A stretch of DNA of 64,000 nucleotides from Azolla caroliniana (lineage: Eukaryota; Plantae; Polypodiophyta): the NCBI GenBank assembly GCA_043228905.1, contig JBHGNT010000008.1:7626001-7690000 (forward strand). The letters run 5' to 3'. Position 1 is the first letter of the stretch, and every line of letters starts with the position of its first letter. Position numbers and translations under genes: made by a program. This document shows, piece after piece, positions 1-13,145 of this stretch. Under the pieces are notes generated by a model. The model worked only from the letters and a program-made list of their open reading frames with translations. It was not told where the DNA came from and did not search any database.

Positions 1-177
1 AAACATATCGACGTTCGATATCACTTCGTTCGGGACTGCGTCATTTCAGGGAAAATCGGTCTAGAGAAAATATCCACAACCGACAATGTCGCAGATGGAA
101 TGACCAAGTGTCTTTCGGCAGACCGCTTTCGGTCCCTTCGGCATCAGATGGGCGTAACGACAAACCAGTCCGGTTAG
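1..177 (+). pseudogene. C-terminal end of a Ty1/copia pol (RNase H); element continues left of the window
   Basis: Frame +1 reads KHIDVRYHFVRDCVISGKIGLEKISTTDNVADGMTK..., the copia RNase H KHID...ADxxTK signature, ending at TAG 175-177. Confidence 0.9.
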
Positions 178-373
178 AGCCGGACACAGCACAGGATGGT
201 TTCCGACAACCGACATCAGTTCCTTAATGATCGGCTTCAACACTTCCGACCCGACCAGTTCGGTCTTCTGCCTTCGGACCCTGCCGACTCGAACAAAAAA
301 ACTGATATGTCCGAGAACCTAGGTTTATACCTGTAATCTTAGATAACCCATGTATACGCCCATTACGGGGGAG

Positions 374-557
374 TGTCGAATACAAGTGTATAATGGACGT
401 ATTCACACTATCCCTTTCTATAGCCCATCTTTGGGGCATTTGTGTAATTAGCATAAAGGGTAGTTGCCCTAAGTCGGTCACTATATATAGTGACCTTGTA
501 ACCCTTTTGTAAGGTTGGTTGTGGTATTATTTGCTTTATGAAATAAAGAGTCTTGTG

Positions 558-600
<43 letters not shown>

Positions 601-685
601 AACGACCTAGAAACAGTCATACGCAGGTACTGAAGCAGAATCGAATGCTTCTTGATCTTCCGCATAGACGACTTTGTCTACAACA
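374..685 (+). repeat. 3' LTR of the copia element at the window start
   Basis: Preceded by PPT gggggag (367-373); TGTCG...CAACA termini; contains TATA-like sequence and a (CT)n tract at ~559-596; unrelated minus-strand integrase sequence follows directly. Confidence 0.8.
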
Positions 686-947
686 AGTCTTGCATGCGCT
701 AGCATACTCCGGACCCGCTCCATTATGGTCCGGTTCATCCTCTCGGCCAACCCGTTTAGTTCCGGTGTCTTTGGCACGGTAAATTCGAGCCAGATTCCCT
801 TCGAGCGGCAGTACTCCTTGAACTGCCCCCGGTATTCTCCTCCTTAGCATTTCCGGTCCGGGGTAAGATGGAACGATGCTCCGGAGTCCACCACCCAGGT
901 CATCTCGTCGCCGGCAAGGTTTATCTCACTCTCCTTGGTGATGAGCA

Positions 948-1871
948 TCAACTCTTCTTCACTTGCCGCGATTGTCGTCGTTCCCTTCCGGTCCGTCCCC
1001 TTCTAGTCTTTACCGTTCCGGTCCGGGGTCCGCTTCGAATTGGTACCGTCGGTTTCCTTGTCTTTACGGAAATGTCGACAGTTCTTTTGGAAGTGACCCG
1101 GCTTGCCACAATAGAAGCAAGTGGGCCTCCCCCTTGACTTTGACCGTGTCCTCGACTTCTCCCGGTTCTGGGACTACGGTTTCTATGTCTTCCGCGTTCC
1201 GATTCGGTAAGGAGCGCTTTGGAGTCGGAGCTCGTATCTTTATCTTTCCGACGCGCCTCCTCATCTAGCAAGCTCGACTTTACTCTTGCTAGGGATAACC
1301 GTTTTCCTTCCGGTCCGGCGTTGCCCAAAGTGACAACCAACGTCTCCCAGCTATCCGGAAGGGAACCAAGCAGGAGCAGCGCTAGTACCTCATCGGCGAG
1401 AGTTACTTCCAATGACGTTGCCTGGTGTATCAGCCCTTGGAAGGCATTCATATGCTCCGCCATGCTGGAGCCATCTTGGTACCGGAGTCTTACTAGCTTC
1501 CGGAATACCGAAACCTGATTAACAACATTTTTGTTTTGAAACATTATGCCGATCTTCTCCCAGAGCTCATGAGCCTTGCTCTCTTCATTGAAGTTGTTGT
1601 ACAGGCTCATGTCGATGAAGCACCGTATGTACACCGTTGTCTTCATGTGCATCACCTCCCATATCGCGGCGTCGATTTTGTCCGGTCTCTTGTCCCCGAA
1701 CTGAACCGGCAGCCAGAGGTCTTTAACCACGAGCATGTCCCTCATCTTCGACTTCCACACTAAATAGTTGGAGCCGGTGAGCTTGAACATGCCGCCAAAC
1801 GATTCGTCCATTTTCTGTGTCGATTTCGCTCTGATACCACTTGTCGGGAACTCAAGGCTCCTTATGTCCAA
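948..1871 (-). pseudogene. copia gag (UBN2-like), frameshifted before the zinc knuckle
   Basis: LTGSNYLVWKSKMRDML...LLLGSLPDSWETLV; homologous to the gag at 15071. Confidence 0.85.
1828..1839 (-). promoter_or_regulatory. Primer binding site, tRNA-iMet
   Basis: Reverse complement TGGTATCAGAGC, 2 nt from the LTR end at 1842. Confidence 0.9.
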
Positions 1872-2565
1872 CGCTCGGCCACAACCGAGATTCTTTTCTT
1901 ACACAGAAAACAGGAAACGGAAGAAAAACAAGCGACACAAGAGGAGAGAAGAGGTACACAGGAGATTTACGTGGAAAACCCCAAACTAAGGGAAAAAACC
2001 ACGGCAGCCCACAGGCTGCAAACTGTCACTATGTAAGAATATACAACCGTGAGTTCACTAAGGCACCGACCTCGTGCTCACAGATCTTCGCCATAGGCGG
2101 CGGTTACAACAGAGGCAACAACCTCTTTCTCTCTCTCTCTCTCTCTCATATAGTTACACACGCTGTCGTGAAGATCCGTCACTACGCGCGGATCGTGAGG
2201 CGGAACCGCCGGGGTTCTGGACCGGAAGGATTTAGAGTCGATACAAGCTTTGGCGAGAAAGTACTTAAGATAGATTGGGAAAGAGAGAAGTTGAGATTAC
2301 ACAATTGATTTGATAACGAATTTCTTCCTCTTAATTTTCATAAAAAAAAAACCGTGTTTTTCTCCTCCCCCTTCCCTCTTTTATAGATGCTCTCATGCAT
2401 ATGATGCATGTGAGGGTACAAGACATGCATAAATTGCATGTTTGCCATTTGGCGCTTAAGTATTACATGTGGTGCATGCTAACCATGTCACTCATTTTAG
2501 CACTCATGGATGAGAATTTACATGTAAAAGTACAATGATAGAAATATAATTTCAACTAAATACTA

Positions 2566-2619
2566 TGGCTTAATGGTAAGCCATTTGACTCCTAACTTGG
2601 AGGTGCAAGGTTTGAATCC
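2566..2619 (+). promoter_or_regulatory. tRNA-like Pol III A-box/B-box module inside the C2 LTR, antisense to the element
   Basis: A box TGGCTTAATGG 2566-2576, B box GGTTTGAATCC 2609-2619, 32-nt spacing as in tRNA genes. Confidence 0.6.
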
Positions 2620-3332
2620 ATACTTGCCCTCCTTGTATATGTATATATTTTTATATATTTATTTTATCTAGTCGCCGGTTCGCCGGATGCCGCCGCTGCC
2701 GCCGCCGGATTGCGGTCGGATGCCCGGCTCCATCGCCGGTCCGGTTTTGGTTGACCAAAACCCTTTTCGAGTAGCTAGCCACCTCCACTCTAAGTTCAAG
2801 TTACCTTGAACTCTCTATGCTCCACACATAGACACAAAGATAATATCTTTTGCTCCACCTTATATATGATGAGAGCTGTATTTGTCGTGCCTATGTGGGA
2901 TATCTCACAATTTTCTCTTTTCTTTTCACAAACTTTATACCCTCATATCTTGACATTTAGTTGTCCATTTCTCGTGTAATAAAGTGCATTCGAAACCTCC
3001 ATCATTTGTACTTAGATATTGAAAATGTTATCTTCACAATTATTGTATTACATGATTCATACTCGGTTTTGTACGTTTTATGGGATTTTCACACTATTGC
3101 CGAAAATCTTCACGACATCCACCCCCACCAAACCGCACGTCCTCCGGTACGTGCCAAGAAGAGAAGAAGTGAGATTTCGACTACGATGATCAATTAGATT
3201 CCTCCATGTCTTCATTTTCATCCGGCCTATTATGTTCATCGTTGAGGTAATCGAGGTCAGGATCCTTGTCTTGTCTTTTCTTGAAAAGCTTTACTCTTTT
3301 TCCCGCAATGGGTACGACCAACCTTGATCCGT

Positions 3333-4244
3333 CTAGTTTCGCAAGGTGGTAACCGCCTCTCGAAGGCTCGCACAATCCCTTCTCATGTGGTCCATGCTAT
3401 CGCACCACACGCATCTAAAGGGTTCTTTTCCTTTAGGGCCCCGACGATTCATGTTGGCTAGAGTGACCTTCTCGAACTTCTTCGCTAACTCTTCGATGAT
3501 ATCGTCATCAATCTTCTTTTCTTCCACGTTACTTTGTCTTGGTGGCTCAGCTACTTTCGGCGGTCTTGCTTTCTCCGTGGTAGTCGGTCCCGTCATGTCG
3601 GTGTCATCAACCCATTGGCAACGCTTGTCGAGCCTATTGCATGCTCGCTTCACCGCAATCCAGTCCGCTACGAGCCCATTTGCTTGGGTATCATCTTCGA
3701 GAAGAGTCCCCAACTCCCGTCTATCCTTTATGTCCACGGCCTTCAAGAAGTACAAAGTCTTGTCCTCTTCAAGCAATACTTGGTCCGTATTGGGGAGACG
3801 ACTAAACATCTGGTCGAATTCGTCGTACACCCTCGAGACGCTCATCTTCTTATTCTTCTTCTCTATCCACTTCATCAGGGCATGTCGAGTCATCCTCATT
3901 GAGTCTTCAGTCACGAACTCCGCTAGTATCGTTTTCTCAAACTCAGACCATGTTGTCTTTCCTTCTTGAAGCTCGATGACGCGTCTTTGGATGTTGTTGG
4001 CGACAACTCTCTTGAAGCTTGCGATTTGACGTGCCTCGGACACGTCCCTTTGATTCATCTCCCTCTTATATGCATCAAGGAACTTCGTAACGTTCCTTCC
4101 ATCGAATTGGCCCTCGAGCTCTACGACACGATCAACAGCCTTCTCCACGCTCGTGTCGTTGTCCCGAGATCTCATCATTTGCTCGACGATTAGCATCATC
4201 CTTTCGAGCTCTCCCGCTTGGTTGCTTGAGGACGCCATCTCCAA
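3333..4244 (-). CDS. gypsy gag with CCHC zinc knuckle (open 303-aa ORF)
   Basis: FDGRNVTKFL... and CVWCDSMDHMRRDC; homologous to 7111-7640. Confidence 0.8.
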   Translation of the reverse strand: MEMASSSNQAGELERMMLIVEQMMRSRDNDTSVEKAVDRVVELEGQFDGRNVTKFLDAYKREMNQRDVSEARQIASFKRVVANNIQRRVIELQEGKTTWSEFEKTILAEFVTEDSMRMTRHALMKWIEKKNKKMSVSRVYDEFDQMFSRLPNTDQVLLEEDKTLYFLKAVDIKDRRELGTLLEDDTQANGLVADWIAVKRACNRLDKRCQWVDDTDMTGPTTTEKARPPKVAEPPRQSNVEEKKIDDDIIEELAKKFEKVTLANMNRRGPKGKEPFRCVWCDSMDHMRRDCASLREAVTTLRN

Positions 4245-4917
4245 GTATTAATTATATATATGATGAGAGCCGTATTTGTCGTGCCTATGTGGGATATCTC
4301 ACAATTTTCTCTTTTCTTTTCACAAACTTTATACCCTCATATCTTGACATTTAGTTGTCCATTTCTCGTGTAATAAAGTGCATTCGAAACCTCCATCATT
4401 TGTACTTAGATATTGAAAATGTTATCTTCACAATTATTGTATTACATGATTCATACTCGGTTTTGTACGTTTTATGGGATTTTCACACTATTGCCGAAAA
4501 TCTTCACGACAACGCTCTCTCTTTTTCTTGCACCAACAAGAAAATGACAACCACAATCAACAATTTGCCCTAAGTCATATTTATACTAATATGACTTTTC
4601 GGCTATTTACAAATATAGTCTCGATGGACTTTCATAAACATATTTACGAATATGTCTCTTCATCCGGTTCATACCGGGTCTTTACCATCCGACTCTCCGT
4701 AGCCGGGTACTCCTCATCCGGTTCATACCGGGTCTGCACCATCCGGCTCTTCGTAGCCGGGTACTCCTCATCCGGTTCATACGGGGTCTGCACCATCCGG
4801 CTCTCCGTAGCCGGGTACTCCTCATACGGTTTCGGCCTCGGCTTATCGGCCTCGGCCGAGTTTGTTCATCGGCACTGTTCTTCTCCCTTCCCATCTGGAG
4901 GGACCTGTCTCCCAACA

Positions 4918-6460
4918 CAAGTCAAGATACGGACGCTGAAGAAGGCTTTGAACCGGACCTTCTCAATGAAAGACTTGGGTCTGGCAAGACAGATATTGGG
5001 GATGCATATCATCCGGGACTAGTCAAAGAAGCAATTGTGGCTGTCACAGGAGAAGTACGTGATAAAGGTGCTTCAACGGTTCAACATGTCAGATGCGAAA
5101 CCAGTCGGATCGACACTCCCGGCAAACTGCAGGTTATGCGGTAAGCAAAGCCCGAAGATGAAGACAGAAGGCGGATATGATGAAGATACCATATGCCTTT
5201 GCCGTCAGGAGCTTAATGTATGCAATGGTGTGTACTCGACCGGATATCGGATACGTAGTCGGAGTGGTGAGCCGGTTTATGAGCAATCCCGGCAAGGAAC
5301 ACTGGAACGCGGTAAAATGGAGACTCCGGTACTTGAAAGGCACATCGAGTATGTGCCTTCGATTCGGCTCTTGTAAACCCCAACTCAACGTTTTCATTGA
5401 TTCGGATATGTCGGCTGATATGGATACCAGCCGGTCCACATCTGGATATGTCATGACATACGCGGGGGGCGTTGTTTTGTGGCAGTCGAGGCTATAGAAG
5501 AAGGTTGCGCTGTCAACCACGAAAGCAGAGTACATGGCAGTTCTCGAAGTTGGCAAGGAAATACTGTGGATGAAGGACTTCATCGGAGAGCTAGGGATCC
5601 GGCAAGAGGAATACCGGCTCTATTGCGACAGTCAAAGTGCCATCCACCTTGCGAGGAACGCGACATATCATTCCAGGACGAAGCACATCCAACGTAGGTA
5701 CCACTGGATCCGGGAGCGAGTTGAAGATCAAGAATTTGTGTTGATGAAGATCCACACGGAGGAGAACAGGTCGGATATGCTGATCAAAGTGCTGACACTC
5801 GACAAGCTAGACGCATGTCGGAAAAGGATCGGATTGACCAGGCATCCCATGCCGGAGTGACAGGGGTGTTTGTTAGGATTTCGGTCCCTCCGGATGGGAT
5901 ATGAGTACTCGGCAAGGAAGACCCGGTGAGAACCAGATGGTGAGTACTCGGCAAGGAAGACCTGGTGAGAACTGGATGATGCAGGCCCGGTGAGAACCTC
6001 CCAGCAGATGAAGTGATATATAGGTAAATATGTTTCTAAGAGCCCATTGGGGCTATATTTGTAAATAGTCCTAATGACATATTAGTAAAAATATGACCTA
6101 GGGCAAACACTTATGTTTGTTGGTCATTCTTTGCGTTGTGGTTGTAATTGTTGTATATATATAGAGAGAGAGTGAGAGATACAAAGCGATTCTCTATTGT
6201 AACCGCCGCTAAGCGAAGAGTGTGAGCACGAGGTAGTTGCCTTTGTGCCCCTTGTTGTATTCTTTGACATAGTGATAGTTTGGAGTCTGTGGGATCTCAT
6301 GGTTTTTCCCTCTCAGGGTTTTTCCACGTTAACATCTCGTGTACTCTCTTGTTTACAGTGTGTGTGCATATACGTGTATTTACCCACCATTCCCATTCTC
6401 GGTGTTTCGACTCTAAACGACACGATCTGAGACTCGGTTGTGGCCGAGTAATATTCCACA
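4918..6460 (+). mobile_element. 3' part of Tnt1-like copia element A0 (RT/RNase H pseudogene 4918-5860, 3' LTR 5871-6460)
   Basis: MKDLG, PYAxAVxSLMYAMVCTRPDI, YCDSQSAIHLA, RTKHI motifs with stops and a frameshift; degenerate PPT 5856-5870; LTR TGTTAGG...CCACA. Confidence 0.88.
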
Positions 6461-7097
6461 TATTTCGCGACAATGTTGGCCTACGATATGTTTACATCAT
6501 GACATGATGTTATGACTATTTGTCTGACCTTATCCTATTTCTTTGCCAGAAATGATCATTCAATGGCTCATAATAACGACCCGATGTCATCCGTTCAAGC
6601 GGAAGGAACTCAAGGAAATCCTATTGGGCCAATATCCATTGAGTCATATTTCTTACAAATACAAAATTTCCTTAGTTCAACCGCACATCAAATGTCCGAA
6701 CTTTGGCAATATCATAGTGCTCTCAAGGCATGTGTCATTTAGTGTTGAGTGACAAGCTCAACATTGGGTGCGTAACACGGTACGTTGTCGTGAAGATTTT
6801 TGGCAACGGTGTGAAAATCGTGTGGAACAAACAAAATAGAGAAAGTGTAATGAGCACTCCAACATTTGTAAATAAAATAAGACTAAAGCCTAGTAGCCTT
6901 TGAGTCCATACAAAGGGGTGCAAGCAAGGCGTGAACCTTGCACCTCCATGGTGATGTACATCTTGTCTCGTAAAACTAAAGTGAAGGGTTCAATCTCTAT
7001 CTCAATCTCTCTCAATCTCTTCATCCATCTATTTATCTTCAATACTTTCTTGCTTATGCTATTATAAACATCGAATCCTTCCGGTCCAGGACCCCGA

Positions 7098-10000
7098 TGT
7101 CGAGTCACGGATGACTCGACATACGCTAATGACATGGATCGAGAAGAAAGGGAAGAATATGTGTGCGTCTGGAGTATATGCCGAATTCGACCAAAAGTAC
7201 AACCAACTTCCGAGTGTTGATCAACGAGTTCTCGATGGAGATAAAGTCCTACTATTCCTAAAGGCAGTGAATGTTAAAGATCGGCAAGAATTGTGCAACC
7301 TTTTGGAGGACGAAACACAACCAAATGGTTTGGTAGCGGACTGGGCGGCGATGAAGAAGGCTTGTAGCCGTCTTGATAAGCATCGACAATGGCAAGAGGA
7401 AAATGATATGGAGAATCCACAATCGTGGAGGAGGAAGGCGCCTATGACAATCGAGCCTAGCAAGCTGATCGACAATTTCGACAAGAAAGTGATGGAAGAA
7501 TCCATAATCGAAGAGCTCTCCAAGAAGTTTGAAGCGGTATTGTTGGCCAACTTAGGTCGATGCGGGCCCAAGGGAAAATAAGCGTATAGATGTTTGTGGT
7601 GCGACAGCTTCGAGCACTCACGAAGGGAGTGCACTGACTTGCAAAACGCGATTCACAAGAACGTCGTCTATTTGGACGGCAACATGATTCATTCGAGCGA
7701 GACCCGGAAGCCACTACGAGTGAACTTCGGAAGAGGCGGGCTGAAAAAGATCGTGGAAGAGGAAGATGCAAGGCATGTAGAAGCCATGCACTATGCCGCA
7801 TCGGCCGGGATACGAGTTGGAACAGAGAAACTAAAGACGATCAAGCCGGGAGTTGGGTTTTGGCCAATGGTATTTGAGTGCGAAAAGAAAGGCGAAATCG
7901 ATTTGAAGGATCTACAAGTTGCTGATCGGAATGTGCGACGAGTTACCGGATGGTCAGATCCAGTTGACGATAAGACAAGCTTTGTGGAGGTTGTGTGTGA
8001 CAACTATGAAGCTCTTATTGAAGAGAAGAGGAAAAGAACCGGTGAAGAAGATGGCACATCAAAGCATCACAATACGAGGAATGCAGGGAAAGAAGGACAA
8101 GCCCAACCTATGCCACGAAAAGAGATAGGAGAAACAAGCATGAAGCCCGGTGGATCGAGCCAACCTTCTCAGATAGAAGTCGATGAATCTGTGAAGAAAG
8201 GAAAAGAACGAGCGGCGCCGACTTAGAAGCTAAGGTCGGACATAGAACAAACAACCGATTTGCAGTAGGTCCTTGAGGAGAAGGTTTTAGACAATCATGT
8301 CGACTTTACTTTGAGAGACCTACTTGGGATCTCTAAGAAGGAGTTCCACGATACTATCATGGACTTGATTAAGTGGAAGAGGCAACAAGCGGATGAAGAG
8401 GAGGTGAAAACAAGTGCCATAACTATGGCAAGTTCGGAAGAGGAGAAAGAAGAAGAAGTGATGGTGGACAACCATTACTCTTGGCCTCATTGGGCAAGAG
8501 CAACAACGGAGACGCCGGTGAAGATCGGGGAGAAGAAAGAGACCGTGGTAGCTTTGATTGACCATGGTTCCGAGATTAACCTCATGTCGACTAAGGTCTA
8601 CAAAAAGGGAAGATGGCCGATTAATACAAACCACGAATGGAAGATTCGAGCGGCAACGAAGGCCACAGAGGACTTGTACGGAGCTTGTCCCAATGTTAAA
8701 GTCACGATTGGGGATGTGGAGATGGATCAACACTTCTTCATGCAATAATCGGTTTCGCATCCTGTCATCCTGGGTCAACCATATTTCACATCATCCAGGA
8801 TGGAGACCAAGGTGTTCGATAATGGAGCAGCCTTCGCGTGAATCAAGAGTCTTGACAATCAAAGATCCGTTCAATTCCTAACAGTGCGAGCTAATCATGA
8901 AAGAAATCAAGATAGTCTTGGAGGCGAATCCCCAGATTTTTAGAGTGGACTATTGAAGCATGGGGCACAAATAGTCCGAGCGATCGCAAGTCCCCACAAG
9001 GGAGTAGAGCGTGTGGATTGCGAGGAGAAGCAACATGTGTCACACCTAGTGGTGCATGTAAACTAGTACTACCCGACAAGAAGGACAAGCATCGGAGACA
9101 AGACTTCGAGAAGATATTGAAATCGAGGATGTCGTGGACTTGAGCTCCATCAACATGTACGCTATCATCGAAACATCTTGATGAAGGAAGCTGACATCAA
9201 CGCAAAATATAAAACGGTGGATAGGAAGATCAAGCTAGTTGTGGTTCCGCTACTGGAAGATAGCTTGCAAAAGATGAAGGAAGTCGCTAATGATCCAAGC
9301 TTAAGAGATCCAAAGACAATAGGTCATGTCTTCACCGAAGAGACGAAGGGGAAGTTACGAGTTGGTAGGGAGAATTTCCTCCTCCCTGAAGAGGAGCGAA
9401 TGTTTCGCGACATGCTTGAGAGACATGGGAAAACTTTCACATTTTTCCCACAAGAAATCGGTTGTGCTGATCCAAGGAAAATAGAGTCGATGGTAATCTT
9501 CACGGTGCCGCACGGGCCTTGGAATTTGAAACTGATATCGGTTCCAATAGCACACTTATCGAAGCTGATTGAGCTCTTAAAGGAGAAGGTGGATATGGGA
9601 ATTTTTGAACCATTAAATACTCCCTATTCTAATAGGTGGTTCACAATGCCGAAGAAGAATGGATCATTGTGATTCATCAAAGATCTTCAACCCGTCAACA
9701 AGGTGACAATTCAAAATGTTGGAATCGGTCCGAGCGTGGACGAATTTGCCGAGGCGTTTGCAGGCCGGTCCATCTACTCCATTGGCAATCTCTACTCCGG
9801 ATATGACCAATTCCAGTTGGCAATCGACAGTCGTGACATTACGACCATGAGGACTCGGATCGGGCTCGTGTGGATGTGTACCTTACCTCAAGGTGCAACG
9901 AACTCGGTGGCTCATATGGTGAATGCCATGAACAAGGTCTTGAAGGATTGCATCCCGGACATCATGATGCCATTCTTGGATGATATTCCGATAAAAGGAT

Positions 10001-13000
10001 GTTTGGATGAGGAGAAAGATGAATCGAAAGATAAGGAAGGGTGTAGGAAGTTCGTCGCGGATCATATGAAAGATTGCGAGAAGGTGCTTCAAAGGCTTGA
10101 AGATGCGAATTTGACATTTTCGGGAGAAAAATCCACATTCGGGCAATCAGAGATCTTGGTGGTAGGTCACTTGTGTGGAGCATACGACCGGAAGCCTTCG
10201 CCATCCAAGGTGAACGCGATCCAGGACATGAAAGAAGAATGAGTAAACCAAACGGAGGTTCGAAGGTTCCTTGGAGCATGCGTGTTTTATCATATTTGGA
10301 TTCCACACTGTGCTCATGTCGCCAAGCCTTTATATGGATTGCTAAAGAAAAGAATGAAGTTCAAATGGCAAGACGAGCACAAAAACACGATGCGAAGATT
10401 GAAGAAACTACTTCTTGAAGCTCCAGTACTAAGAAACGCCTACTATACTGAAGGGAAGCCAATTTATGTGACTGTAGATACGAGCCCAATTGGAATCGGG
10501 TGGGTCATCAATCAAGAAGGAGAAGATAATGCGTGGTATGCCATCCGGTTCGGAGAAAAGGTTCTCAACGAACGACAATGAGGATACGCCCAAGTCAAGC
10601 GGGAACTTTGGGGTATTGTGTCGGCAGTGAAGACGGACAGAGACTACTTGATCGGGTCAGAAGTGATAATTGAGATAGATTGTCTCCCAATCCTCAGGAT
10701 GATCTCAGGATGTGCGACACCATATCTAGCTATGCTAAGGTGGATCGCCTATATCAATTCTTTAAACCCAGAGATCTGCCATATTGCAGGGAAGAAGAAC
10801 GCCATGGCTGACTTGCTGTCGAGGGCAAGATTTGAGAATGAAGGTGACATGGTTTCGGAAGATGAAGACGTCACCCTCGACTTCTTCAAGATGGCTTGAC
10901 TATCGGAGGAAGACAAGGGCACGCTAACCCTCCATGCCTTCAACGAGGATGAGTACGAAGGGGAGTGGTTACTTATCGGCATATTCCTAAGAACAATGAC
11001 GACGGATGCTTCGTTGAAGAAGGAGGAAGCCCTACGAATCCGGAAGAAAGCTTACCAATACTTCTTGAAGGGAGGATTCCTTTGGCGACACCCAAAAAGA
11101 AGGACATGAATACCACGTCGAGTGGTGGTGAAGAAAGAAGAGCAAGTGACACTAATGACCGAATTCCACGAGAGTGCTTGGGCAGGTCATAGAGGAACAT
11201 GGGCGACGTTCGAGAAGTTGAACGAGAAGTACTAGTGGCCAAGCATGTACAAAGATGTACTCCATTTCATGTCTACATGCGAAACATGCCAAGTACATTC
11301 GAATATACATCATCATGATGAGCTACGACCGACATACCCGCTCACCATACACTTCAAATGGATGGTGGATTTGGTCTCAATGCCAATGGGAGTGGGACAA
11401 ATGAAGTACTTAGCTCTGGCAAGAGAAGACTTGACAAATCAAGTGGAAGGATGGGCCTTGACAAATAAGACGACGTTGGCTGTTTGCAAATTTCTACTCG
11501 GGTTGTCTGCAGATACAGATGTGTGGGACAGATAATCGCCGACTGAAGGGAGCTGGATGCACACGAAGCAACAGAGCTTTTCGAACGACTAGGCGTGAAG
11601 CTCTCCCTCACGACTGCCTACAATCCAGAAGTGAATGGGAAAATCGAGTGAGGGCATGCACCTATCATCAAAGCCATCGTACGAGCATGCAACGGTTGAG
11701 TCGAGAATTGGCCACGACTATTGCCCTATGCCTTGTGGGCTGACAGAAGGACACACAACTCGGTGACAGGGTATATGCCAATGGAGCTTATGTATGGACA
11801 AAAGCCGGTAATGTTCATCGAAAAGACAATCACCTCATGGGTAGCGATACCATGGGAGAACAAGATGAGCCAAGAAGAGTTATTTGCGGTACGGATAAGG
11901 CAACTTGAAAGAAGACATGAAGATCAAGAAAAAGCACGAAAGATGATGGAGGTAGCCCGAGTGAAGAACAAAATTCGGTTCGACAAGACGCATCGACTGC
12001 GTCCCAAGAAGATCGAAGAAGGAGATTGGGTATTGATCTGATGGGAACCCAACGCCCCTTATGCACAAAGCTCGGCCGCAACCGAGATTCTTTTCATACA
12101 CAGAAAACAGGAAACGAAATGCACGCGACACAAAGGAGAGAAAAGGGTACACAGAATGTTTACGTGGAAAACCCCAAACTAGGGGAAAAAACCACGGCAG
12201 CCCACAGGCTGCAAACTGTCACTATGTAGGAATATACAACAGTGAGTTCATTGAGGCACCGACCTCGTGCTCACAATGTTTACGTGGAAAACCCCAAACT
12301 AGGGGAAAAAACCACGGCAGCCCACAGGCTGCAAACTGTCACTATGTAGGAATATACAACAGTGAGTTCACTGAGGCACCGACCTCGTGCTCACAAATCT
12401 TCGCCACAGGCGGCAGTTACAACAGAGGCAACGACCTCATCTCTCTCTCTCTCTGTACAGTTACGCACTCTCTCTTCTTCTTGCACCAACAAGGAAGAAT
12501 GACAACTACGATAACTAAAAGTTTGCCCTAAGTCATATTTATACTAATATGACTTTTCGGCTATTTACAAATGTAGCCTCGATAGGCTCTCAGAAACATG
12601 TTTACGAATATGTCTCATCATCCGGTTCATACCGGGCTTGCACCATCCGGCTCTCCGTAGCTGGGTACTCCTCATCTGGTTCATACCGGGCCTGCACCAT
12701 CCGGCTCTCCGTAGCCGGGTCCTCCTCATACGGTTTCGGCCTCGGCCGAGTTCGTTCATCGGCACTGTTCTTCTCCCTTCCCATCCGGAGGGACCTGTTT
12801 CCCAACATGATCTATGACAACAGCCTTGACAATCAATACAGTACAATAAGAAAGTTCGCAAGAAGATGGTTCGGACCGTATGTGGTGACAAGTGCCAATG
12901 ATAATGCCACATACCACCTTGCGGAGCTAGACGGATCAAGGTTGGCCGTACCCATTGCGGGGAAAAGAGTAAAGATTTTCAAGAAAAGACAAGATGAGGA

Positions 13001-13073
13001 TCCTGAGCTCGATCACCTCGACGATGAAGATAATAGGACGGATGTGAATGAGGACGTGGAAGAATCTGATTGA
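7098..13073 (+). pseudogene. gag-PR-RT-RNaseH-IN of family C with many stops
   Basis: CxWCDSFEHSRREC, ALIDHGSEINL, LPQGATNS, PFLDDIPIKG, VTVDTSPIGIG, KWMVDLV, PYALWADR, RWFGPY. Confidence 0.88.
12039..12807 (-). repeat. Solo LTR of the Tnt1-like family with an internal 120-bp tandem duplication (~12155-12394)
   Basis: TG...CA termini, perfect TSD TGATC (12034-12038 / 12808-12812); interrupts C1 integrase at GDWVLI|YDNSL. Confidence 0.93.
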
Positions 13074-13145
13074 TCACCGTAACCGAAATCTCGCACTTTC
13101 TCTTCTTGGCACGTACCAGAGGACATGCGGTTTGTTGAGGGGGGA

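Larger units (their letters stand above)
2164..4511 (-). mobile_element. Non-autonomous Ty3/gypsy element C2 (family C): full 3' LTR 2164-3117, integrase tail, gag, truncated 5' LTR ~4250-4511
   Basis: Direct repeat 2861-3117 = ~4255-4511; 12-bp inverted LTR termini TGTCGTGAAGAT; purine tract next to 3117 on the minus strand; 4-bp TSD ACGC (2160-2163 / 4512-4515). Confidence 0.88.
686..4917 (-). mobile_element. Tnt1/Tork-like copia element B1 (5' part): 5' LTR 1842-4917 split by a nested gypsy insertion, PBS, gag, deleted protease-integrase junction
   Basis: LTR homologous to the solo LTRs at 12039, 20132 and 35968; Met-PBS at 1828-1839; gag 948-1871; WVVDSGASFHL protease motif fused at ~848 to integrase GGEY...ERMNRTIMERVRSML. 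Confidence 0.88.

Noticed and set aside
408-665. ORFs with ERERER or SLSLSL runs (also 57126-57347 and 62422-62643)
   Set aside because: Translations of (CT)n/(AG)n microsatellites inside LTRs
3346-3969. Long antisense ORFs here and at 17320-17886, 36573-37172, 38919-39536 and 62835-63380
   Set aside because: They are shadows of gag/pol codon structure on the opposite strand, with no recognisable domains
12061-13073. 156-aa and 174-aa ORFs as genes
   Set aside because: They read through a solo LTR; only 12813-13073 is real integrase sequence
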